A program made the position numbers and the translations under genes. Under the pieces are notes generated by a model. It did not search any database. It saw only the letters and a program-made list of their open reading frames with translations, and was not told where the DNA came from. From Nitrospirota bacterium (GTDB lineage: Bacteria; Nitrospinota; Nitrospinia; Nitrospinales; VA-1), in contig QJZQ01000173.1 of assembly GCA_003246675.1 (NCBI GenBank), forward strand, positions 5,694 to 69,693: 64,000 bases of DNA, in the 5' to 3' direction. Positions 46,397 to 55,589 of the stretch are shown piece after piece (position 1 is the first letter of the stretch; each line of letters begins with the position of its first letter).

Positions 46397-46597
46397 TCAT
46401 TTTGGTTTCACATTCGAAGCCTGCGGGCCCTTGGGGCCACTGCTTTCCTCAAATTCCACTTCCTGCCCTTCTCGCAATGTCTTGTACCCTTCTCCCAGGA
46501 TCGCGGTGTGGTGGACAAAAATATCCTGGCCGTTTTCGCCCTGGATAAAGCCGTACCCCTTCTTGTCGTTGAACCACTTTACTTTTCCGTCAGACAT
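46397..46597 (-). CDS. cold-shock protein (CspA family)
   Basis: 66-aa [36 protein letters not shown] with RNP1 (KGYGFI) and RNP2 (VFVHH-like) motifs. Confidence 0.95.
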   Translation of the reverse strand: MSDGKVKWFNDKKGYGFIQGENGQDIFVHHTAILGEGYKTLREGQEVEFEESSGPKGPQASNVKPK

Positions 46598-46802
46598 GGC
46601 ACACTCCTCCCCTCCTATGACAGTAAAAACCTTCTCCCCCTCTTAAATGTCTATCTTGAGTGGGTCAAGTATGCCAAAGCGCGAACGTATGTCAAGGCAA
46701 ATACCGGAGGCTTTCACTAGCGCATTAATTTATAATTGTTTAGATGAAAAATATTTTCAGCGCCCGGCAGGCGGTCACAACCCCCATACCACAAGAATCA
46801 AT

Positions 46803-47813
46803 ATGCTGACAGCAGGCAGGGCTCCCCGGAACGGGGAAGCCGAACTCAAAGTAGAGAATCTCAGGATCGCCTTTCAAAAAGACGGCGGCGAGGTGCTTGC
46901 CGTTCGCGGCGTCGACTTTGATTTGAAACGAGGCGAAACTCTGGCGCTTGTCGGTGAATCGGGCTGCGGCAAAACCGTGACCGCACTTTCGATCCTGCGT
47001 TTGCTCGCCGAACCGCCGGCGAAGGTTCTTTCCGGCCGCATCGGCCTCGGCGGGGTCGATCTTCTCGAGCTGCCCGCCGAAGGCATCCGCAAGGTGCGGG
47101 GCCGCGAAATCGCCATGATCTTTCAGGACCCGATGACATCGCTCAACCCCGTCCTCAGCATCGGCGACCAGATCATGGAAACTCTGCGCCGCCACACGAC
47201 CCTCGGGCGGGCGGAGGTCCGCGAGCGCGCACTGGACCTTCTGCGGCGGGTGGAGATCCCCTCTCCCGAGGAAAAACTGCGCCAGTTCCCGCATCAACTG
47301 AGCGGCGGCATGCGGCAAAGGGTGATGATCGCCATCGCCCTGTCCTGCGAACCGCGCGTCCTCATCGCCGACGAGCCCACCACCGCCCTCGACGTGCTGG
47401 TGCAGGCGCAGATCATGGACCTGCTCAAACAACTCAAGCGTGAAACAGGGCTGTCCATCCTCCTCATCACCCACGATCTCGGCATCGTCACCGACATCGC
47501 CGACCGGGCGCTGGTGATGTACGCGGGGCGGATCGTCGAGTCGGGCCCGGTGGGGCCGCTCTTCAAGTCGCCGCTGCACCCTTACACGCGCGGCCTTTTG
47601 AACTCGGTGCCGCAAATCGGCCAGCGGCCAAAGGCGGGACGGTTGCAGGAAATCCCGGGGCAGGTCCCACGGCCTGGCGAACTCCCCGCCGGCTGCGCTT
47701 TTCACCCCCGCTGCCCCGACGCCATGGACCGCTGCCGCACGGAATCGCCCGTTCTGGAAGAAAAATTCGAAGGCCGCCACGCGAGCTGCTGGCTGGAGCA
47801 GGAGACCGCATGA
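46803..47813 (+). CDS. oligopeptide/dipeptide-type ABC transporter ATP-binding protein (OppD/DppD-like)
   Basis: The start is set at ATG 46803 (MLTAGRAPRNGEAELKVENLRIAF). Walker A GESGCGKT, signature LSGGMRQR, Walker B LIADEPTTALD. The C-terminal Opp-type extension carries Cys residues (PAGCAFHPRCP). Confidence 0.85.
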   Translation: MLTAGRAPRNGEAELKVENLRIAFQKDGGEVLAVRGVDFDLKRGETLALVGESGCGKTVTALSILRLLAEPPAKVLSGRIGLGGVDLLELPAEGIRKVRGREIAMIFQDPMTSLNPVLSIGDQIMETLRRHTTLGRAEVRERALDLLRRVEIPSPEEKLRQFPHQLSGGMRQRVMIAIALSCEPRVLIADEPTTALDVLVQAQIMDLLKQLKRETGLSILLITHDLGIVTDIADRALVMYAGRIVESGPVGPLFKSPLHPYTRGLLNSVPQIGQRPKAGRLQEIPGQVPRPGELPAGCAFHPRCPDAMDRCRTESPVLEEKFEGRHASCWLEQETA

Positions 47814-48772
47814 CCGAGCCCCCGCTGATCGAGGCACGAAATCTCACCAAACACTTCCCGCCGGGAAACCTTGGCGCGAAGGGCCACCCGGTGCGAGCCG
47901 TGGACGGCATCTCCTTCACCCTGCGGGAGGGGGAGACCCTGGGCCTGGTGGGTGAAAGCGGGTCGGGCAAATCGACGGCGGGCCGCGCGCTCCTCCGGCT
48001 CATCGAACCCACCGCCGGGGAAATTCTCTACCGGGGGGAGGACCTGGTGAAGCTCCCGCCCGCGCGCATGCGCGCACTGAGAAGAGAAATGCAGATCATC
48101 TTTCAGGACCCGTTCGCCGCCGTCAACCCGCGCCGGCGGCTGGGGCGCATCGTCGAGGAACCCTTTGAGATTCACGGCATCGGCGGCCGGGAGGAACGGC
48201 GGGAGAAAGTGCGCCAGCTCTTTAAACAGGTGGGGCTGCCGGATGACCACATGGAGCGCTACCCGCACGAGCTGAGTGGCGGCCAGTTGCAACGGGTGGG
48301 CATCGCCCGCGCCATTGCTTTAGGCCCCAGGCTTGTCGTCGCCGACGAACCGGTGTCATCCCTGGACGTGTCCATTCAGGCGCAGGTGATCAACCTGCTT
48401 CTGGACCTCCGGCAATCGCTCGGCATCGCTTTTCTGTTCATTTCTCACGACATGGCGGTGGTCGAGCATTTTTGCGACCGGGTGGCCGTGATGTACCTGG
48501 GGAAAATCGTCGAAATCGCGAGCCGGGACCGGCTCTACACCGCCAGCCGTCACCCCTACACCGAAGCCCTGATGTCTTCCATCCCCACGCTTGCGGCGGG
48601 GGCGAAAAACCGCAAGGTGATCCAGGGCGAGGTTCCGAGCGCTGCGGCGCCCCCCTCGGGATGCGCGTTTCACACCCGCTGCCCGATCCGCGAAAAACGC
48701 TGCCAGGAAGAGGCCCCCGAACTTAGGGAAAGCGCGCCCGGCCATTTCACCGCCTGCTTTCTGCGGGAATGA
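47810..48772 (+). CDS. oligopeptide/dipeptide-type ABC transporter ATP-binding protein (OppF/DppF-like)
   Basis: 320-aa ORF with an ATGA overlap with the previous gene. Walker A GESGSGKST, signature LSGGQLQR, Walker B VVADEPVSSLD. C-terminal PSGCAFHTRCP. Confidence 0.85.
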   Translation: MTEPPLIEARNLTKHFPPGNLGAKGHPVRAVDGISFTLREGETLGLVGESGSGKSTAGRALLRLIEPTAGEILYRGEDLVKLPPARMRALRREMQIIFQDPFAAVNPRRRLGRIVEEPFEIHGIGGREERREKVRQLFKQVGLPDDHMERYPHELSGGQLQRVGIARAIALGPRLVVADEPVSSLDVSIQAQVINLLLDLRQSLGIAFLFISHDMAVVEHFCDRVAVMYLGKIVEIASRDRLYTASRHPYTEALMSSIPTLAAGAKNRKVIQGEVPSAAAPPSGCAFHTRCPIREKRCQEEAPELRESAPGHFTACFLRE

Positions 48773-48809
48773 AGGTTATTTTGTTCTTTGGGGAATGCGA
48801 GGTTTCGCC

Positions 48810-49223
48810 TCAGTTTTCAGGCGAGGCTTCGCCCTGTGGCGGAATCGAGGAGGCGTGGTGCAGAACCATCTTCCACTCGCCGTCCACCTGACGAAACAGA
48901 TTGCTGGCGTGCACCCGCGACGTGTGCACCCCGTTGGGATGGATGACGAACAGGGTTTCCCGGCAGCTCACCCATCCGAGTTCGCCCGAGGTGCGGGCCT
49001 CGACGTGGGAAACACGAATGTTCATATCTTCCGCGTTCCTGAAGATATCCGCCCAGCTTTTCAGGATCGGCTCGAAGCCCGTGAGCGGCTCCCAGCCGGG
49101 ATGGACGCACACCACCGGCCCATCGCCGCCGCGATGCCAGAGACCCCGCATGACTTCAATATCCCGGTCGTTGAACGCCTGATAAAATCTTTCGTTTGCC
49201 GCTTCGACCGCGTTATCGCTCAT
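48810..49223 (-). CDS. NTF2-like (SnoaL/DUF4440-type) protein
   Basis: 137-aa ORF. AANERFYQAFNDRDIEVMRGLW...GWEPLTGFEPILKSW...FRQVDGEWKMVLHHAS is typical of the NTF2-like fold. Confidence 0.6.
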   Translation of the reverse strand: MSDNAVEAANERFYQAFNDRDIEVMRGLWHRGGDGPVVCVHPGWEPLTGFEPILKSWADIFRNAEDMNIRVSHVEARTSGELGWVSCRETLFVIHPNGVHTSRVHASNLFRQVDGEWKMVLHHASSIPPQGEASPEN

Positions 49224-49238
49224 GCGTTCCCGCCCCGC

Positions 49239-49841
49239 TCAGGAGTTTTCAAGCAGATACTCCACCGCCTGAAAGGTCTCCTCGGACTGCCAGTTCTTGG
49301 CGCCATCGACACGGGCGACGATACGCCCCGAACGGCCGACGACAAAGGTGTACGGAATGCTGACCGAAGGGTACAGGCGCTCAGCCTCGCCGTCCGTATC
49401 CATCAGCACGGGAAAGGAAAGCCCGCGTTCCTGGGCGAACTGGCGGACCTTGGCGTCCGCTCCTTTGTCCAGACTGACAGCGATAACAGTAAGCCCCTGC
49501 GAACGGTAGCGCCGGTACAGCGCCTCGAAGGACGGCATCTCGACACGGCAGGGCCCGCACCAGGTGGCCCAGAAGTTGATGACCACCACCTGCCCCTCGT
49601 AATTCGACAGGCTGTCGCGATTGCCCTGCAGGTTCCTCAGGTTGAAACCCGGCGCAAGGTAACCGATTTCCGACTTCTCCGCATCGAACTGCCCTACATT
49701 CCTCACATCGTCAACCGACAGCGACGGCTCGTTGAAATGCTCGAAAAAATACAAAAGCGTCGCGGCGAACAGCACCACGAACAACGCTCCGTATTTGCTA
49801 ATCGGAGTCCAGGACGTCTTTTTTGAGGCGGTCGATGTCAT
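49239..49841 (-). CDS. membrane-anchored thiol:disulfide oxidoreductase (TlpA/ResA/CcmG-like thioredoxin)
   Basis: 200-aa ORF with an N-terminal TM anchor and the thioredoxin motif NFWATWCGPCRVEMP. It is the last gene of the ccm operon and overlaps the ccmC 3' end by 44 nt. Confidence 0.8.
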   Translation of the reverse strand: MTSTASKKTSWTPISKYGALFVVLFAATLLYFFEHFNEPSLSVDDVRNVGQFDAEKSEIGYLAPGFNLRNLQGNRDSLSNYEGQVVVINFWATWCGPCRVEMPSFEALYRRYRSQGLTVIAVSLDKGADAKVRQFAQERGLSFPVLMDTDGEAERLYPSVSIPYTFVVGRSGRIVARVDGAKNWQSEETFQAVEYLLENS

Positions 49842-50508
49842 CTCTAATTTTTTCCTGGCGAACCCTCTGCCCCATCATGAGAAAATACAAAAACGTGAAC
49901 GCCCCCAGGGAAATAAAGAGGGTGGCCAGCATGGCCGGATCCATCCCCTTGCCCAGGCCCTCGGTGGTGATCACCTTGGGAAGCGGGTGAAACGCCCGCC
50001 ACCACAGCACGGAGAAGTGGATCAGCGGGATGTCGAGAAAACCGGCGATGCCGAGAACGGCGGCATAGCGCGCGCGCATCGAGCCCGCGTCGGTCTGCGC
50101 CCGCAGCATGAGGTAGGCGATATAGATGAGCCACAAGACGAGTGTCAGCGTGAGGCGTGCGTCCCACACCCACCAGGCCCCCCAGATGGGGCGCGCCCAT
50201 ATGGGCCCAGTGATAAGAACCAGGGTGCAGAAAAGCACGCCCACCTCGGCCGAGGCCTGCGCATAAATATCCCACTCCCTTTCCTTCTTCCAGAGAAACA
50301 GAATGCTCGACAGAAAGACGACGAAAAACGCCAGAAAGGACACCCACGCCGAGGGAATGTGAAAATACATGATGCGCTGGACCGGGCCCTCGGTCTTCTC
50401 GGTCGGCACGTAAATGAAAATGGCCACCATGGCGGCAAGAAGCGCCAACGCGGTGATCCAGAGGAGAACGGGGCCGCCCTCCCCCTCTTGAGTGGTTTCC
50501 TCGTTCAT
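49798..50508 (-). CDS. ccmC: heme exporter protein CcmC
   Basis: 236-aa polytopic ORF with the WWD-type tryptophan-rich motif WGAWWVWDARLT. Confidence 0.9.
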   Translation of the reverse strand: MNEETTQEGEGGPVLLWITALALLAAMVAIFIYVPTEKTEGPVQRIMYFHIPSAWVSFLAFFVVFLSSILFLWKKEREWDIYAQASAEVGVLFCTLVLITGPIWARPIWGAWWVWDARLTLTLVLWLIYIAYLMLRAQTDAGSMRARYAAVLGIAGFLDIPLIHFSVLWWRAFHPLPKVITTEGLGKGMDPAMLATLFISLGAFTFLYFLMMGQRVRQEKIRDDIDRLKKDVLDSD

Positions 50509-50654
50509 TTTGCCGGTCCCTTGTCGAGGATCTGTTTCAGCATAGCCAGATCCTTCTCAAGCGCCTGGCTGCGTTTCCTCAGGGTGAACAGGTAAAACAG
50601 CACCCCGCCCCACACAAACACGTTGGCCGCAAAAAGATAGCCGAGGTGATCCAT
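50505..50654 (-). CDS. ccmD: heme exporter protein CcmD (small, not in the ORF track)
   Basis: My own translation of the minus strand gives MDHLGYLFAANVFVWGGVLFYLFTLRKRSQALEKDLAMLKQILDKGPAK* (49 aa). It has one TM helix followed by a basic stretch. GGAGGA lies upstream. Its stop overlaps the ccmC ATG (ATGA). It sits between ccmB and ccmC, as expected for ccmD. Confidence 0.65.
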   Translation of the reverse strand: MDHLGYLFAANVFVWGGVLFYLFTLRKRSQALEKDLAMLKQILDKGPAK

Positions 50655-50658
50655 AGCC

Positions 50659-51339
50659 TTATTCCTCCAGGATATGGTCGATCGTCATGATCGACACTCC
50701 AATAAATATTACATCGAAACAAAGAGTCAAACCCACCCAGTTCATCATGCTCGACAGAGCCACGCCCTCAAGGACCTGCCCGGTCATCCGCACAGAGCCG
50801 ATGATCACCGGCACCATCAGCGGATAAAGCAGGATCGGCAGCATCACCTCCCGCGTCTTGAGGTTGGACGCGAGGGAGGAAAGCAGCGTCCCCAGTGCAC
50901 AGAACCCGACCGTGCCCAGAAGAATCACCACCAGAAGCGGCCCCAGGTGGGGCAGAATATCCACATTGAAGAACACCATGAACAACGGCAGGATGAACGC
51001 CTCCATGATGAGGAGAAACGTCAGGTTGCTGATGAACTTGCCGAAGTAGATGGTGGTGCGGTCCGCCGGCGTCAGGATCAGCCCTTGCAGACAACCGTTT
51101 TCCTTTTCCAGCATAAACGACCGGTTGAGCCCGAGGGTTCCGGCGAACAAAAACGCCACCCACAACACTCCGGGCCCCACTTCGGTGGCCTTCACGATAC
51201 TGAGGTTGATGGAAAAAATGAAGATCAGTATCACCAGCACCGAGAACACGAACATGGCGCTGAAAAGTTCGCGCGTCTTGAGCTCGGTGGCCAGGTCCTT
51301 CCAGACGATGGCCGCCACCTGAGTTAAATACTGACGCAT
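50659..51339 (-). CDS. ccmB: heme exporter protein CcmB
   Basis: 226-aa ORF with six hydrophobic helices. Positioned between ccmA and ccmD. Contains FSINLSI...LGLNRSF...EKENGCLQGLILTP. Confidence 0.85.
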   Translation of the reverse strand: MRQYLTQVAAIVWKDLATELKTRELFSAMFVFSVLVILIFIFSINLSIVKATEVGPGVLWVAFLFAGTLGLNRSFMLEKENGCLQGLILTPADRTTIYFGKFISNLTFLLIMEAFILPLFMVFFNVDILPHLGPLLVVILLGTVGFCALGTLLSSLASNLKTREVMLPILLYPLMVPVIIGSVRMTGQVLEGVALSSMMNWVGLTLCFDVIFIGVSIMTIDHILEE

Positions 51340-51347
51340 AACCGCCT

Positions 51348-52121
51348 CTATCGCCCCGGCCCGCCAGGAACCGAATTTTCCGGCAGCCTGTCGGACAGGA
51401 CCTCGAAATACAAATCCTCGAACCGGTGCTTCTCCAGGTTCTTCGCATCCTCATAAAGCACGAACCGGCCCTTGGACTGAACGGCCACCTTGTCGGACAA
51501 TTCCAGGCCGCAGGCGATGTCGTGCGTGGTCATGAGAACGGTGCGCTTTTCGGTGTGCAGTTCACGCAGAGTTTGCTTGAGATTGTTGGCCCCCTGCGGG
51601 TCCAGCCCGGTGAACGGCTCGTCGAGGAACAGAACGGATGGATTATGCAGGACCGCCCGGGCGATGGACACCCGCTGCTGCATGCCTCGGGAAAAGGTCC
51701 GCACGCGGTCGTGCATTCTCGCCTTGAGGCCCACTTTTTCTATCGCCCGAACCGCCTGCTCTTCGGGCTGCTCGAGGCCGTACATCTTAGCATAAAAGAT
51801 CAGGTTTTCCACCGCCGAGAGGTCCGCGTAAAGGCACGACGCATGCGCGATCACGCCGATTTCCCGCTTCATCGCCGGGTCGCCCTCCAGGACGTCGTAA
51901 CCGGCCACCCGCGCGGTGCCCCGCGTCGGTCGGGCGAGCCCGGCGAGAATCTTGAGCAGGGTCGTCTTGCCCGCGCCGTTGGGGCCGAAAATGGTGAGGA
52001 ACTCGCCCTTGCGAAGGGAGAAGGTGATGCCGCGAAGCGCCGTCTGCACCCCGAACGATTTATGGAGTTTCTGCACTTCGATGGCGACTTGGGAGTCGGC
52101 GGGCTGGGTGGCGTCGGTCAT
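51348..52121 (-). CDS. ccmA: cytochrome c biogenesis ABC ATPase CcmA
   Basis: The start is set at ATG 52121 (MTDATQPADSQ). Walker A GPNGAGKTT, signature FSRGMQQR, Walker B LFLDEPFTGLD. Confidence 0.85.
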   Translation of the reverse strand: MTDATQPADSQVAIEVQKLHKSFGVQTALRGITFSLRKGEFLTIFGPNGAGKTTLLKILAGLARPTRGTARVAGYDVLEGDPAMKREIGVIAHASCLYADLSAVENLIFYAKMYGLEQPEEQAVRAIEKVGLKARMHDRVRTFSRGMQQRVSIARAVLHNPSVLFLDEPFTGLDPQGANNLKQTLRELHTEKRTVLMTTHDIACGLELSDKVAVQSKGRFVLYEDAKNLEKHRFEDLYFEVLSDRLPENSVPGGPGR

Positions 52122-52158
52122 ATCGTGGCGGGTCGAGGGGATGACGGGAGGCTGCGGC

Positions 52159-52491
52159 TCATGTGGCTTTCGCGGGCCGGGACGCGGCACTCTTTTTCTC
52201 CCGCTCCAGCCGGTCCAGATTTTCCAGGATGGAAGCCGCTTCCAGCTCCAGCTTGTTGCGGACCCCCTGGTAATCCTCCTCCGAGATCTTGTCGGTCTTA
52301 AAATCGAACTCCAGTTCCTTGATGGAGAGGAGCACCTCTTCCTTGCGGACCAGGAGGTGCTTGTACTCCTCGATTTCCGGGTTCACGGGCTTGAACAGCC
52401 GCGTTTTCGACAAGCCGCGAAAGAGAGGCAGCCCCACCCCGAGCAAGATCGCCGCCACCAGCAAAAGTTGAATAAAATGGACAAAAGTCAT
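52159..52491 (-). CDS. ccm-operon membrane-anchored coiled-coil protein, function unknown
   Basis: 110-aa ORF with one N-terminal TM helix (FIQLLLVAAILLGVGLPLF), then a charged heptad-like region. Its start codon directly abuts the ccmH stop (52491/52492). Confidence 0.5.
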   Translation of the reverse strand: MTFVHFIQLLLVAAILLGVGLPLFRGLSKTRLFKPVNPEIEEYKHLLVRKEEVLLSIKELEFDFKTDKISEEDYQGVRNKLELEAASILENLDRLEREKKSAASRPAKAT

Positions 52492-52986
52492 TTAAGTCTC
52501 GATCTCATCCAGTTCATTCCTGATGCGGTTCACGTATTTTCCATCCGGGGAAGGCTCCGCGGCAGGGGCCTCGGCAGGCTCCGGACCGCCTGTTTCGCCG
52601 CGGTTCTTCCGGACCCAGGTGTCGATGATTTTGCGGATGCCCAGCCCGCCCACGAGCAACGCCGCGAACGGAGCGACCCATGCGGTGAGGTTGAAACCGT
52701 TTTTGGTGGGCGCCGACAGCACGGTTTCGCCGTGTTTTTCCACCTGCATCTTAATGATCTGATCCACCGTGATTCCCGATTCCAGCAACTTGGTGAACTC
52801 GGCCCGCGTCTTGTCCGACGTGGCGCAGGTGCAGTTGATGAGCACCTTGCCGCACTTGTCGTCGCACTTGCACATGAGGGCGTTTTCAAGGTCCGCCAGA
52901 ACCGCCCCCGCCCGCGCCGCCTGCGGCAGCGCAAGCGCCAGGCAAAACACGGCCAGCGCAATCGTCAACGCGTATCTGGATTTCAT
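52492..52986 (-). CDS. ccmH: CcmH/NrfF-family cytochrome c maturation protein with non-canonical Cys cluster
   Basis: The start is set at ATG 52986 (MKSRYALTIALAVFCLALALPQAARA, a signal peptide). The CcmH-like core is ITVDQIIKMQVEKHGETVLSAPTKNGFNLTAWVAPF, followed by a TM helix. In place of LRCxxC it has MCKCDDKCGKVLINCTC. Confidence 0.7.
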   Translation of the reverse strand: MKSRYALTIALAVFCLALALPQAARAGAVLADLENALMCKCDDKCGKVLINCTCATSDKTRAEFTKLLESGITVDQIIKMQVEKHGETVLSAPTKNGFNLTAWVAPFAALLVGGLGIRKIIDTWVRKNRGETGGPEPAEAPAAEPSPDGKYVNRIRNELDEIET

Positions 52987-52991
52987 ATGCG

Positions 52992-55004
52992 TCACTCCTG
53001 GGCGGGGGAAAAGGCGGCGTCCTGCTTTTTCTGACGCATCACACGGCGCCGCTCCTCGAGGCGGTCGGGCCACATGCAAACCACGGTGCCGAACGCGATG
53101 ACCCAGCCCCCCGTCCATATCCAGCTCACCATCGGGTTAATGTACACTTTGATCGTCGCCGCCTCGTCTTCGGTGAAGTCCGCAAGAATGAGGTAGACGT
53201 CCTCCTTCCAGCTCGACAAAACATCGACTTCGGAAACCGGCTGATTCGAGCCCTTGTAAAACTCCTTCTCCGGATTCCCGGTCCATACCCGGCGGCCATC
53301 CCGATAAACGCCCAGCTGGGCGATGACTCTCGACTTGATCGACGTCTCCTCCTTGGCCAGAAGGCGCTCGTAGGTCACCGTGTAGTCGCGGATCTGGATG
53401 GACTCGCCTTTCTGAAGGTGCTTCTGATCGTGGGTGCCATAGGCCTGAGACCCGGCGATGCCGGCAAAAATCAGCACCACCCCGATGTGGACCACATACC
53501 CGCCGTAGCGCCGCTTATTGCGCCAGGTGAGCGCGGAGAGCGCGGCAAGCGGGCTTTCTTCGTGCAGGTCCATTCGGGCCGCTGTCCCCTTGAAAAATTC
53601 GGACAAAATGCACCCCATAACGAACACGCAGAGAATAAACGCGATGTAAGCCAGGATGTCCGCCCGGCCGTCCAGGGGGAGGAAGGGGAACAGGGCCGCG
53701 CCAGCCACCAGCGCGGCAGCGACGGGCTTCACAAAATTTTTCTTCAGGTTCGACAGCGTGGCGCGCCGCCAGGCGATGAGCGGCCCAATGCCGATGAGCG
53801 CAAGAAGCGCAAGGCCGATGGGCACGTTGACCTGGTTATAGAAGGGCGGCCCCACAGTGATCTTCACGCCGCGCACCGCTTCGGAGATGATCGGGAAAAT
53901 GGTCCCCCAGAACGTGGCGAAAGCGATGCCAAGAAGAAGCAGGTTATTGAACAGAAAACTGCTCTCGCGGGAAAGAAAAGAATCCAGCTCGTTCTTGCTC
54001 TTGAGCAGGGGCAGACGTTTGATGATCAGCGTCGTGCAGATGGCGATCACCACGCCCAAAAAGCCAAGGAAGAAATACCCCAGCGTGGCCTCGTCAAACG
54101 TGTGGACCGACTGGATGAGGCCGCTGCGCGTGATAAAGGTGCCGAAAATCGTCATCACGAAGGTCAGCAGGACGAGCGACATGTTCCACACCTTCATCAT
54201 GTCCTTTTTTTCCTGGATCATCACCGAGTGCAGGTAAGCCGTGGCGACGAGCAGCGGCATGAAGGCGGCGTTCTCCACCGGGTCCCAGGCCCAGTAACCG
54301 CCCCAGCCCAGCTCAACGTAAGCCCAGGCGGCCCCGAACAGGTTGCCCAGGCAAAGGAAGAACCAGGCCAGCAGGGTCCACTTGCGGGTCAGGCGGATCC
54401 AGCCGTCATCCAGATTTTTGGTGATGAGGGCGGCCATCGCGAAAGCAAAAGGCACCGTGAACCCGACGTACCCCAGGTAAAGGGTGGGCGGGTGAATCAC
54501 CATCCAGTAGTTCTGCAGCAGGGGGTTGAGACCCCGCCCATCTTCCGGAGGCAGTGGAATGCGCTCGAACGGATTGGTGGAAAAGTTCAGCAAAAAGAGG
54601 AAAAACACCACGATGACCAACATCACCGTCATCGCGTAAGGCATCAGGGCTACGTTTTTTTTCCGGTTCTGGAGATAGGCCACCGACATGTAGGTGGTCA
54701 GAAGGAACGTCCAGAACAGCAGGGAGCCCTTTTGCCCGCCCCAGAACGAGGCGATCTTATAGAAGGTGCCCATCTCCCGGTTGGAATAGGCCCAAACGTA
54801 CTGCAGGCTGAAATCGTCGGTCAGAAACGCCCGCCACAGGGCCGCCGAAGCGATGGCCACGCACCCCCACACGATCAGCGGCGTCTTGTCGGCACTCAGG
54901 TAAAGGTCCACCCGGTTACCGCGCACCGCCATGATGTAGGAAACGCACCCGTAAAGGGCGGTCGCAAGCGCCACAAGTAACGCGAATTCTCCGATATCGT
55001 TCAT
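52992..55004 (-). CDS. ccmF: cytochrome c heme lyase subunit CcmF
   Basis: 670-aa polytopic ORF with the WWD motif GWGGYWAWDPVENA. Confidence 0.9.
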   Translation of the reverse strand: MNDIGEFALLVALATALYGCVSYIMAVRGNRVDLYLSADKTPLIVWGCVAIASAALWRAFLTDDFSLQYVWAYSNREMGTFYKIASFWGGQKGSLLFWTFLLTTYMSVAYLQNRKKNVALMPYAMTVMLVIVVFFLFLLNFSTNPFERIPLPPEDGRGLNPLLQNYWMVIHPPTLYLGYVGFTVPFAFAMAALITKNLDDGWIRLTRKWTLLAWFFLCLGNLFGAAWAYVELGWGGYWAWDPVENAAFMPLLVATAYLHSVMIQEKKDMMKVWNMSLVLLTFVMTIFGTFITRSGLIQSVHTFDEATLGYFFLGFLGVVIAICTTLIIKRLPLLKSKNELDSFLSRESSFLFNNLLLLGIAFATFWGTIFPIISEAVRGVKITVGPPFYNQVNVPIGLALLALIGIGPLIAWRRATLSNLKKNFVKPVAAALVAGAALFPFLPLDGRADILAYIAFILCVFVMGCILSEFFKGTAARMDLHEESPLAALSALTWRNKRRYGGYVVHIGVVLIFAGIAGSQAYGTHDQKHLQKGESIQIRDYTVTYERLLAKEETSIKSRVIAQLGVYRDGRRVWTGNPEKEFYKGSNQPVSEVDVLSSWKEDVYLILADFTEDEAATIKVYINPMVSWIWTGGWVIAFGTVVCMWPDRLEERRRVMRQKKQDAAFSPAQE

Positions 55005-55100
55005 GAGCTCAAATTCACCCTACCCCTGGCGGTCAGGCCGTCGGACGACCCCCGCGCACAAGGGAGCCCAAGTGGCCTCTCCTGCGCCGGAGAAGGATTG

Positions 55101-55589
55101 CTAAATGGTTGTTTTAGGCGAGGCTGCCGGAGATTCGGGAACGGTTTCCTTGCTCTCGTAACCGGGCAAGGTCCCCGGGTGCATTTTACCCGCCTCCTTT
55201 TCCGCCTCGTATTTGGAGGGACAACTGGTCAACAACGTATTCGCGTGGAAGACGCCCTCCTTCGTCAGAGTCCCCTCGACGACCACTTCCCGGCCGTCGG
55301 CAAACATATCGGGAGTCACCCCCTGGTACACCACCTTCAGGTTAGACGTCTTCTCAGCAATACTGAAGTTCACCTTAAGATAATCGTTCGGGTCTCTGAT
55401 AATCGACCCATCCACCACGGTTCCCTTGACCTTCAAGCCCGCGCCGGCATAAGACGCCTTCTGGCTCATCAATTCATCCACCGTAAAAAAATACTGGGAC
55501 GTGCTGCTGATGCCAGCGCTGATCAGGTAGGCGATGGCAGAAACAATGAGCACGCTGCCCACGATAAATTTGGCTTTCTTATTAATCAT
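55101..55589 (-). CDS. ccmE: heme chaperone CcmE, CxxxY variant
   Basis: The start is set at ATG 55589 (MINKKAKFIVGSVLIV, a TM anchor). OB-fold body: GLKVKGTVVDGSI...REVVVEGTLTKEGVFHANTLL. The heme-binding motif reads TSCPSKY, i.e. Cys where canonical CcmE has His (HxxxY). Confidence 0.85.
   Translation of the reverse strand: MINKKAKFIVGSVLIVSAIAYLISAGISSTSQYFFTVDELMSQKASYAGAGLKVKGTVVDGSIIRDPNDYLKVNFSIAEKTSNLKVVYQGVTPDMFADGREVVVEGTLTKEGVFHANTLLTSCPSKYEAEKEAGKMHPGTLPGYESKETVPESPAASPKTTI

Noticed and set aside
46647-46802. N-terminal extensions offered by the ORF track. Examples: oppD-like from 46647, sufB from 24403, moaA from 25473, ccmH from 53118, ccmA from 52190, hydrolase from 36022, tpx from 39892, ankyrin from 45216, DUF58 from 11241.
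   Set aside because: The extensions are compositionally non-protein-like or overlap upstream genes. Internal ATG/GTG codons with Shine-Dalgarno sequences give N-termini that match the family (signal peptides, lipobox, conserved first motifs).
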